Below, in pieces: positions 27,975-35,420 of a DNA stretch of 64,000 bases. The notes beneath the pieces were generated by a model. That model was not told where the DNA came from, made no database searches, and saw nothing but the letters and a program-made list of their open reading frames with translations. The translations under genes were made by a program, and so were the position numbers. Location: NCBI GenBank assembly GCA_030038095.1, contig JASHPK010000017.1, positions 8,689 through 72,688 of the forward strand, given 5' to 3'. The number at the start of each line of letters is the position of its first letter. Within the stretch, counting starts at the first letter, position 1. The stretch comes from Thermoplasmata archaeon (lineage in GTDB: Archaea > Thermoplasmatota > Thermoplasmata > Lutacidiplasmatales > UBA184).

Positions 27975-28997
27975 ATGCGCGCGGCGGTCCTTCGCGTCCC
28001 TGGACAACCTCTCCGCGTCGAGGAGGTCCCGACGCCGATCCCGGGGCCCGGGGAGGCTCGAGTCGCCGTCATCGCCTGCGGATTCTGCCATACCGACCTC
28101 CACTACCTGGACCATGGAGTGGCGACCGCCAAGCCCCCGCCGATCATCTTGGGCCACGAGATCTCCGGAACGGTCGAGAGTTTGGGCCCGGGAGCGGAGG
28201 GGGTCGCGGTCGGTGACCGGGTCCTCGTACCCGCGGTCCTCCCGTGCGGTCACTGCGAGTACTGCCGAACCGGTCGAGAGAACATTTGCCCGAAGATGCG
28301 GATGCTTGGGAACCATCTCGACGGGGGATTCGCGGAGAACGTAGTCGTGCCCGCGAAGGACCTCGTCCCGCTGCCCAGCGAGATCGACCCGATCGCCGGA
28401 TGCATCATCTCCGATGCGCTCACCACTCCCTATCACGCGGTCGTGCACCGGGCCCGGGTTCAGGCGGGAGAACGGGTCGCCGTGGTCGGATGCGGGGGCG
28501 TCGGAATCAACGTGGTCCAGTTCGCGGCCGGGGCCGGTGCTCGCGTCGTCGCGATCGACCTCAACGATGCGAAGCTTGAGGTGGCTCGCCGACTCGGAGC
28601 CGAGCAGGCGATCAACCCGGGCCGGTCGGAGGATGTGGGCAAGGAGGTCCGCCGTCTCCTCGGGGACGCGGTGGACGTGGCGATCGAGGCGGTCGGAAGT
28701 CCGACCACGATCGCGCTCTCCTTCGGCACGCTGCGCCGGGGCGGGCGGCTCTGCCTCGTCGGCTACAGCAGCGCTCCGGCGACGCTTCCCGCTCCGAAGG
28801 TGATGTTCCTCGAGTACTCCATCGTGGGGTCGCTCGGGTGCCGGCCCGGGGACTATCCCCGCGTCGTCGAGATGGTGCGCCGAGCTCGAATCCAACTCGA
28901 CCCGGTGGTCACGGCGAGGGTCCACCTCGAGGAGATCGGGACCGCCGCCGATCTCCTTCGAAAGGGCGAAGGATTTCGCTCCGTCGTCCTGCCGTAA
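27975..28997 (+). CDS. Zn-dependent alcohol-dehydrogenase-family enzyme, 6-hydroxycyclohex-1-ene-1-carbonyl-CoA dehydrogenase (Had)-like
   Basis: ATG 27975 inside ORF 27459..28997. CGFCHTDLH, GHEISGTV, structural-zinc CGHCEYCRTGRENIC, Rossmann VVGCGGVG. Had of the benzoyl-CoA pathway belongs to this family. Confidence 0.7.
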   Translation: MRAAVLRVPGQPLRVEEVPTPIPGPGEARVAVIACGFCHTDLHYLDHGVATAKPPPIILGHEISGTVESLGPGAEGVAVGDRVLVPAVLPCGHCEYCRTGRENICPKMRMLGNHLDGGFAENVVVPAKDLVPLPSEIDPIAGCIISDALTTPYHAVVHRARVQAGERVAVVGCGGVGINVVQFAAGAGARVVAIDLNDAKLEVARRLGAEQAINPGRSEDVGKEVRRLLGDAVDVAIEAVGSPTTIALSFGTLRRGGRLCLVGYSSAPATLPAPKVMFLEYSIVGSLGCRPGDYPRVVEMVRRARIQLDPVVTARVHLEEIGTAADLLRKGEGFRSVVLP

Positions 28998-29106
28998 GTC
29001 GTCCAAGCCCGGGCCACCGGAGCCGTGGCTCGACCCGTCGGTCGAGATTCGGTACGTGCTCGGACGAACCGTGTACGACCCGGACACCGATGGACCCCTC
29101 ACCGGT

Positions 29107-30525
29107 ATGGAAGAACGCTTATCCCGTGAGCCCGTGCTACGCTGTCTCATGCCCGACCCGTCCCCGAGGGCCGAGGAACCACTCGTAGAGAATTATCAGA
29201 ACGAGACTGTCGCCCTCCGGAGATTCGCCGACCCGATCGTGTTCTGGGACGAGACTCTGCGCGATGGCGAACAGATGCCGGGGGTCCACTACACCCCCGC
29301 CGAGAAGCTGCAGATCGCGGAGATGCTTTCGGACCTTGGGGTGTCGGTGATCGATGCCGGGATCCCGGTCGTTTCCGCGGAGGAAGCCGAGTCGGTCCGA
29401 CGCGTAGCCGAAGCGGGTCTGAAGGCCGAGATTCTCGCCTCCGCACGGACCGTCCCCAGCGACATCGATGCGGTCATTAAGTCCGGCGCCCGACAGATCG
29501 CGGTCTTCGTCGCTGCGAGTAATGTCCATCTGCGCCACAAGCTGCGGATGACGCAGGCGGAGGTGATGGATGCCTCCGTCCGGAGCGTGAGGCAGGCGAA
29601 GTCCGCAGGACTGTTCGTCGCCTTCGTGACCGAGGACACGACGCGGGCGCCGTTGGATTTCGTGACCGAACTCTACCGAAGAGTCCGGGAGGAAGGGGCG
29701 GACCGCCTCGTGATCGCGGACACGGTCGGTGCCACGACACCGATGACGTTCCGGTGGTTCCTTGAGGAGTTTCGGCGACGCGTGGAGCCGGCGGACTGGT
29801 CCGTGCATTGTCACAACGATTTCGGGCTCGCCGTCGCCAACACCCTTACCGCCCTCGAGACGGGGGTAAACTGCCCCCACGTTTGCGTCAACGGACTGGG
29901 GGAGCGGGCCGGTAACGCCTCACTCGAGGAGACGGCCATGGCCCTCGAACTTCTGTATGGTGTCAAGACCGGACTGCGCACCGAGTCTCTCTACGGACTC
30001 TCGAAGCTCGTCGAGGGGCTTTCGGGCGTACCGATTCAGGCCAACAAAGCCATCGTGGGATACAATTCGTTCTCCCATGAGGCGGGCATTCACACGCACG
30101 GCGTCCTCGCCCACACCCTTACCTACGAGCCGCTGCAACCTGAGCTCGTCGGACGACGCCGACAGATGATCCTCGGAAAGCACTCCGGGAAAGCTGCCCT
30201 GGTGGAGAAGCTCAAGGAGCGCCGGGTCGAGGTCCCGGAGCACATCCTGAACGTCCTCCTCCAACTGGTAAAGAAGGGGGGAGAGGGCCAGAGCAAGGAA
30301 GATGCCCGTCTCTTCGTCGAGGAGTACCGACGCCGGTTCGACCATCCTGGTGTCCAGGACGCCGAGTTCTGGCAGATGGTACGGGACGCGGGGGTGGTGG
30401 GGGATGAGGAGGAAGTGGAGGCCACGGCCCACGACGTCCAGCCGAGAGGGTCCTCGCCCGGCTGGCCGGAGCCGAATAGTTCTCTCCCGACGGAGTCGTG
30501 GAAGGGGTCGTCGCCCCCGGGGTGA
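29107..30525 (+). CDS. HMGL-like 2-isopropylmalate/homocitrate/citramalate synthase family enzyme
   Basis: FWDETLRDGEQMPGV, HCHNDFGLAVANTL, GLGERAGNASLEE, SHEAGIHTHG. Start is ATG 29107 or 29149. The acidic/Pro-rich C-terminal tail is atypical. Confidence 0.75.
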   Translation: MEERLSREPVLRCLMPDPSPRAEEPLVENYQNETVALRRFADPIVFWDETLRDGEQMPGVHYTPAEKLQIAEMLSDLGVSVIDAGIPVVSAEEAESVRRVAEAGLKAEILASARTVPSDIDAVIKSGARQIAVFVAASNVHLRHKLRMTQAEVMDASVRSVRQAKSAGLFVAFVTEDTTRAPLDFVTELYRRVREEGADRLVIADTVGATTPMTFRWFLEEFRRRVEPADWSVHCHNDFGLAVANTLTALETGVNCPHVCVNGLGERAGNASLEETAMALELLYGVKTGLRTESLYGLSKLVEGLSGVPIQANKAIVGYNSFSHEAGIHTHGVLAHTLTYEPLQPELVGRRRQMILGKHSGKAALVEKLKERRVEVPEHILNVLLQLVKKGGEGQSKEDARLFVEEYRRRFDHPGVQDAEFWQMVRDAGVVGDEEEVEATAHDVQPRGSSPGWPEPNSSLPTESWKGSSPPG

Positions 30526-30701
30526 CGAGATAGCGGGCGCCCCCCGCTGCCGCACCGTTCGCGAACACTCATCGTCCGACTACCCTCGGTGTAACCGGAG
30601 GGCGGAGAAGACCTCCCACCGGTGAACAGGGGCGAACGGTCAGCCCGGGTACAAGCTCCCTCCTAGACGCCCAACTACCGCGCGGGCGTCGAGTAGCTCG
30701 A

Positions 30702-31158
30702 CTATCCCTCCACGCCCACTGTAACAGTGAAATTCGCCGTGCAGAAGGCAGAGGGGCAATCGGCGCACGATACCGAAACGGTGAACGAATGGCCTTCCCC
30801 CGCCCGAGCACGGGATCCGAAGGACGCCGGAGCCCCCTCGCACCTGGAGAAGGTGCTGACCGGGATAGTTGGACCCACGAAGGCAAGAATGGTCACGACT
30901 CCCCCGAGACCCGAATCCCAACTGGAGCCCAGCAGCGCTCCTCGGGGGATTCCCGACTCCGTGAAATCTTGCCGTCCGACGATCGTCGTGTGATTCTCCA
31001 CCTTCACATTGACTGCGCCGTAGAACGTTGCGGTAGGATCGATAGGTGCGGTGTCGATCCCGGGGAACGCGAGCCCAGTCAGTGCGAGGGCAACTCCGAG
31101 AACCGTGACAGTGGCGAGAAAGATCCGTAAGTCGACGAGGATTCGGCGCCCGTTTCAT
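30702..31158 (-). pseudogene. frameshifted gene for a small secreted/anchored protein (about 151 aa if repaired)
   Basis: ATG at 31158-31156 is followed by AAACGGG. The long hydrophobic reading frame (RRILVDLRIFLATVTVLGVALALTGLAFPG...CADCPSAFCTANFTVTVGVEG) opens 1 nt out of frame at that ATG and has no ATG/GTG/TTG until 31007. Deleting one A of the AAA run gives MNGRRILVDLRIF... Confidence 0.45.
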
Positions 31159-31394
31159 CACCCCACGCGAGTCACAATCTAGGCGAGCACCCAAGGCAGT
31201 TCTGATGTCAACGCGAGTGAACAAGGCAGAGGCGCCATCCGGAGCCCGCAAGGTGGGTGTGAATCACCCGGCCTTATACTCAGTTGCCCGGAGCAATCCC
31301 CCTTGAGGGACGGGCGAAACTCACCGATTTGCCGCCCGAGTTCCGGTCCATCGTCCAATCGCCCTTACCGAGGTAGATCGTAACGGCGAACGGA

Positions 31395-31477
31395 TGCCGG
31401 GGCCAGGATTCGAACCTGGGAACTCCTGCGAGAGCAGATCTTGAGTCTGCCGCCTTTGGCCGCTCGGCCACCCCGGC
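31395..31477 (-). tRNA. tRNA-Leu(CAA), intron-less, no encoded CCA
   Basis: The minus strand folds as GCCGGGG TG GCC GAGCGGCCAAA GGC G GCAGA CTCAAGA TCTGC TCTCGCAGGAGTTC CCAGG TTCGAAT CCTGG CCCCGGC A. Confidence 0.9.
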
Positions 31478-31502
31478 TCGCGGTCCGGCAGGAGTCCGCT
31501 CC

Positions 31503-31510
31503 GTTTATGG
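31503..31510 (-). promoter_or_regulatory. TATA-like box for tRNA-Leu(CAA)
   Basis: The minus strand reads CCATAAACGG, 27-33 nt upstream of the tRNA 5' end. It overlaps the TAA stop of the Rpp21 gene. Confidence 0.35.
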
Positions 31511-31957
31511 GTCTTCCGGCCCCACTTCTTCGACCCTTTCGTCCGTCTCTTCGTCCAAGGGACCCGACTCGACTTCCACGGGCAGGGCGCGGGTCGACTT
31601 GGGCGCCTCCGCCAGCTCGCGCGACCGGGGTACGGGTCGACGCAGGCGCGAGCGGCGCTCCCGGCCGCAGCGCAGGCAGGTGCGCACCCGGCGGCCGGAC
31701 CGCAGCCGCGTTCGGACCGTCCGTCCTTCCAACCAGTACGCCGAACACCCCCGGCAGTAGACCTCCCGGTACTCCGCCAACAGACGGACGTTGTAGCGCA
31801 TGCCGATCCGCCGGGCGAGCCCGACGTACCGGTCCGCGAGCTCTGAGCGACCCATCGTGGCCTCCTCCTCGGCGAGCGCGAACAGGGTCGCGATCCGGTC
31901 CCGGGCGATGCGAACCATCGTCCCGGTGCGCCGGCCCTTGCGCCCCCCGCGCCTCAC
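31505..31957 (-). CDS. rnp4: RNase P protein component 4 (Rpp21/Rpr2 family)
   Basis: IARDRIATLFALAEEE...LADRYVGLARRIGMRYNVRL...YCRGCSAYW...RTCLRCG zinc ribbon. Start is GTG 31957 (GTGA overlap with the upstream stop) or ATG 31918. Confidence 0.8.
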   Translation of the reverse strand: MRRGGRKGRRTGTMVRIARDRIATLFALAEEEATMGRSELADRYVGLARRIGMRYNVRLLAEYREVYCRGCSAYWLEGRTVRTRLRSGRRVRTCLRCGRERRSRLRRPVPRSRELAEAPKSTRALPVEVESGPLDEETDERVEEVGPEDP

Positions 31958-32310
31958 GGTTGCTGGGGCTGCTGGCATACAGGGCAATAGACGGCGGCCC
32001 GCGAAATGACCGTACGGCACCGAACGCAGAACTTACCGCTCGGCGGGGGAGCCATCGGCCCGGTCGCCCCCGGCACCGAGCCGATGGGAGCCGCGTACGA
32101 GGTCGGGGGAGTGACGGGCACGTAGAGGGGGGGCGGCGGTCCCGAGGGAGACGCAGGCATCGGCCCGGTCGTCGGAGGGACCCCGGAGGGGGAATTCGGA
32201 GTCGTCGAGACGGTCGGGACCGCCCCCCCTTGGGGGAGCGTGTATCCGCACTTGCTGCAGAAGAGCGCCCCGTCGGCGCCAACCTCGCCGCAGTGAAGGC
32301 ACACCGTCAC
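31954..32310 (-). CDS. double zinc-ribbon protein with Pro-rich linker
   Basis: CLHCG-x10-CSKCG at the N-terminus and CVRC-x12-CPVC at the C-terminus, separated by about 70 aa of P/S/T-rich sequence. Start preferred at GTG 32310, 23-29 nt downstream of a TATA-like box. Confidence 0.55.
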   Translation of the reverse strand: MTVCLHCGEVGADGALFCSKCGYTLPQGGAVPTVSTTPNSPSGVPPTTGPMPASPSGPPPPLYVPVTPPTSYAAPIGSVPGATGPMAPPPSGKFCVRCRTVISRAAVYCPVCQQPQQP

Positions 32311-32332
32311 GCCCGGACCAATGTCGGTTCGA

Positions 32333-32339
32333 GATTTAT
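32333..32339 (-). promoter_or_regulatory. TATA-like box (GATAAAT) for the zinc-ribbon/rnp4 pair
   Basis: This is the only AT-rich heptamer in the region, 23-29 nt upstream of GTG 32310. Confidence 0.3.
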
Positions 32340-32382
32340 CGCAACCGCCCGTGCCCCCGCTCGGGAGCAAGGTTAAAGGCGA

Positions 32383-33210
32383 GTGGGACCGTCAGTAATC
32401 TCGGTGAGAACCCGGTCGGTAGCGCTCGTCACACGGGACCCCGCTCTTTACGGAGAGTTGGCCGGTTTCCTGAGGGAGCGTCGTCTGCCGACCGTCAGCC
32501 TGCTGCCGGGGCAGCGGATCCCCGACCGGGTCGCGGTCGTCCTGACCTCGCTCGATGAAATGGAGCTCATCGCGCACCCGAACGTCCTCGCGGTGTCCGT
32601 GGACGGAGATCGTCGGGCACTCGGAGCCGCGGTCGAGCACGCGCTCAGTGTGGGGGACCCCCTCGAGAACATCGTCGTCGGTCTCGACCCCGGACCTCGC
32701 CCCGGTTATGCCATCCTCGCCGGTACGGCCTGTATCGGAGAAGGCGTCCTCGATGCCCCGGAATCGGCCGGCAGCTTTGCGGCTCACCTGCACCACCGCT
32801 TCCCGTCGCGCCACGTGGTCTTCCGCGTCGGTCTCGGGGACCCCCACGCCCGGAACCGCATCGTGAACTCTCTCCTGGGCCATCACCGGGACGTGGAGCT
32901 GGTGGACGAGCAGGGAACGACGCCCCGCGGGCACCGGCGCCCGCGGGATGCGCTCGCGGCCCGATCGATCGCGCGAACGCCGGGCCAGCCGGTCCGCGAG
33001 CGACTCGCCACCTCCATTACGCCCGGCGAGATCGCGAACCTCCAACGACTGAGCCGAGAGGGCAGCGGGGGCCGGGTCACGATCTCCCGTACGACCGCTC
33101 ACCGGGTGCTCCGGGGCGAGGTGACCCTCGCCGAGGCCGTGGACGAAGCGCTTCCGAGGGACCCGACGACGGGAACCCGCCGATCCGCTCCCCGGGTCGA
33201 ACGGTTTTAA
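32383..33210 (+). CDS. conserved hypothetical protein with RNase H-fold (RuvC/YqgF-like) signature
   Basis: 275 aa. IVVGLDPGPRPGYAILAG resembles the first strand and catalytic Asp of RuvC/YqgF-like nucleases. Basic C-terminal region. The family is not firmly recognised. Confidence 0.45.
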   Translation: MGPSVISVRTRSVALVTRDPALYGELAGFLRERRLPTVSLLPGQRIPDRVAVVLTSLDEMELIAHPNVLAVSVDGDRRALGAAVEHALSVGDPLENIVVGLDPGPRPGYAILAGTACIGEGVLDAPESAGSFAAHLHHRFPSRHVVFRVGLGDPHARNRIVNSLLGHHRDVELVDEQGTTPRGHRRPRDALAARSIARTPGQPVRERLATSITPGEIANLQRLSREGSGGRVTISRTTAHRVLRGEVTLAEAVDEALPRDPTTGTRRSAPRVERF

Positions 33211-33232
33211 CCCGCCGACGGTCGGAGTCGCC

Positions 33233-34963
33233 GTGACGCTCCCGATCGAGGTCGAGACCCGGGCCCGACGGCTCACCCTCGAGAACGCCGTCGCCCACGA
33301 GGGGGGCGCCCGCGTGGGCCCGATTCTCTCCCGTCTGCTCGCCATCGACCCGTCGCTCCGGTCCCAGGTCGAGGAGGTCCGCACGCTCGTCTCCGCGCTC
33401 GTGGCGGAAGCGGCGGGCCTGCCCCGTTCGGAGCTCGAAGACCGGCTCGCCGCGCTCGGCGGACCGGAGCCCGAACCGACCCCGGCGGGCCGGTCCACGA
33501 CGGGGGAGTTTCCCGACCTCCCCGGAGCGGTTCCCGGAAAGGTCGTGCTCCGGATGGCGCCGTTCCCGAGCGGGGTCCTGCACATCGGCAACGGCCGCAT
33601 GCTGTTCGTGAACCAGCACTATCGCGAGCGCTACCACGGGAAGCTCCTCCTCGTCTTCGACGATACGGTCGGCTCGGACGTGAAGCGGGTCGAGACCGAG
33701 TTCTTCGACCTGATCCTGGGCGACTGCGAGCTCGCCGGCGTCCGGCCCGACGCCGTCTACTACAAGTCGGACCGCATCCCGCGGTTCTACCCCTGGGCGC
33801 GTCGAGTGATCGAGCGCGGGGGTGCCTACGTCTGTCGTTGTCCGCAGGAGGTCCTGCGGGAGAGGCGGGCGGAGGGCGTGGCGTGCGAGCACCGGTCCCA
33901 GTCGGTCGGTGAGACCCTCGACGAATGGGACCGGATGCTGGGGAACGCCTACGGTCCGGGGGAGGCGGTCCTTCGGCTGCGCACGGACCTCCACGACCCC
34001 GATCCGGCGTTCCGGGACCGGGTGCTCTTCCGGATCAGCGACATCGACCACCCCCGGGTCGGGCGCAAGTGGCGGGTCTGGCCTCTCCTCGAGTTCTCCT
34101 GGGCGGTGGACGACATCGAGCTCGGCGTGACGCACGTCCTCCGGGGAAAGGACCTCGTGATGGAGGACCGGATGCAGCGGTACCTCTGGGACCTCCTCGG
34201 CGTCCAGGGACCCCCGTTCCTCCACTGGGGCATCCTGCGCGTGCGCGAGGCGAAGGTCGCGAAGAGCAAATCCTACGCCGAAGTGAAGAGCGGCCTCTAT
34301 GACGGGTGGGCAGACCCGCGCAGCTGGTCGCTCCGCTCGCTGGACCGCCGGGGAATCGGCATGGCCGCGGTCCGGGAGTTCATTCTGTCGTTCGGGATGT
34401 CGCTCGCCGACATCGAGGTGCCGGCGGAAACGCTGTACGCGGAGAACCGCAAGCGGATCGACGCGACCACGGTCCGTCGGATGTACGTTCCGACCCCGGC
34501 CCGCGTGATCGTCGACGAATATCCGAGCGACCTCGCGACGACCGAGCTCGCGAACCACCCGGACCGGCCGGAGCTGGGAAGGCGCACGGTCGCGGCCGGG
34601 CCGGCCTTCTTTGTTCCCCGGCCCGATCTCGAACGCTGCGCCGGCGGCGAGGTCCGGCTCAAGGACCTCCTCAACGTCCGTCTCCCCCCGGGCCCCTGGC
34701 CCTCCGATGGACCGATCCGGGCCACCTTCACCGGCCGGGAGAACCGCAAGCTCCCGCGCCTCCAGTGGGTCGGCACCGAGGGAGCCGTACCGGTCGAGAT
34801 CCTCGGGTTGGACGGGACACGCTCTTCGGGCATCGGCGAGCGCGCCCTCGCGGAGGTGAGGGCCCGGGAGATCCTCCAGTTCGAGCGCGTCGGGTTCGTC
34901 CGGGTCGAGGCCGACTGGACCCCGGGCGCGAGCCCGCTGCGGGTCGCCTACGGCCACGCGTGA
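33233..34963 (+). CDS. gltX: glutamyl-tRNA synthetase, archaeal type
   Basis: 576 aa. HIGH-type motif PSGVLHIGNGRM, RLRTDLHDPDPAFRD, WPLLEFSWAVDD, KMSKS-equivalent AKVAKSKS. The N-terminal helical extension is typical of archaeal GluRS. Confidence 0.9.
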   Translation: MTLPIEVETRARRLTLENAVAHEGGARVGPILSRLLAIDPSLRSQVEEVRTLVSALVAEAAGLPRSELEDRLAALGGPEPEPTPAGRSTTGEFPDLPGAVPGKVVLRMAPFPSGVLHIGNGRMLFVNQHYRERYHGKLLLVFDDTVGSDVKRVETEFFDLILGDCELAGVRPDAVYYKSDRIPRFYPWARRVIERGGAYVCRCPQEVLRERRAEGVACEHRSQSVGETLDEWDRMLGNAYGPGEAVLRLRTDLHDPDPAFRDRVLFRISDIDHPRVGRKWRVWPLLEFSWAVDDIELGVTHVLRGKDLVMEDRMQRYLWDLLGVQGPPFLHWGILRVREAKVAKSKSYAEVKSGLYDGWADPRSWSLRSLDRRGIGMAAVREFILSFGMSLADIEVPAETLYAENRKRIDATTVRRMYVPTPARVIVDEYPSDLATTELANHPDRPELGRRTVAAGPAFFVPRPDLERCAGGEVRLKDLLNVRLPPGPWPSDGPIRATFTGRENRKLPRLQWVGTEGAVPVEILGLDGTRSSGIGERALAEVRAREILQFERVGFVRVEADWTPGASPLRVAYGHA

Positions 34964-35020
34964 GTGGTCCCGCGGGTTTATTGTGGCGGACGGGCGTTAC
35001 GCCAGCGAGGGTCCGCTTCG

Positions 35021-35410
35021 ATGAGGTTCCTGCACACGTCGATCACCGTCAAGCACATGGACGAGAGCCTCTCGTTCTACACGGAGATCCTGGGCCTCGA
35101 GTTCGAGCGCCGCCGAACGATCCCCGAGAACCACGCCGAGATCGCCTTCGTCCGCGATCCGGCTTCGGGGGCGAGGATCGAACTCACGCACTGGGACGGG
35201 AAGGATGCCTTCGACCCCGGGGAGCAGCTCGACCACCTCGCGTTCGAGATCCCCGACCTCGACCGGTTCCTGCTCAAGGCGCGGACGAAGGAAGTGCGCG
35301 TGGCCAAGGAGCCGTACCGGCTGAGCGGGGGCACCTCCCGCATCGCGTTCATCCTCGACCCGAACGACGTTTGGATCGAGCTCATCGAGCGCGCGCCGGG
35401 CTCAGGCTGA
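35021..35410 (+). CDS. VOC-family glyoxalase I / lactoylglutathione lyase-like protein
   Basis: ATG 35021. FLHTSITVKHMDESLSFYTEILGL, LDHLAFEIPD and AFILDPNDVWIELIE. Confidence 0.8.
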   Translation: MRFLHTSITVKHMDESLSFYTEILGLEFERRRTIPENHAEIAFVRDPASGARIELTHWDGKDAFDPGEQLDHLAFEIPDLDRFLLKARTKEVRVAKEPYRLSGGTSRIAFILDPNDVWIELIERAPGSG

Positions 35411-35420
35411 GCGGTTCCCC

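Noticed and set aside
31280-31471. 63-aa ORF overlapping the tRNA-Leu(CAA) locus.
   Set aside because: It is same-strand but out of register with a perfectly folding tRNA and has no coding features. It is a spurious ORF.
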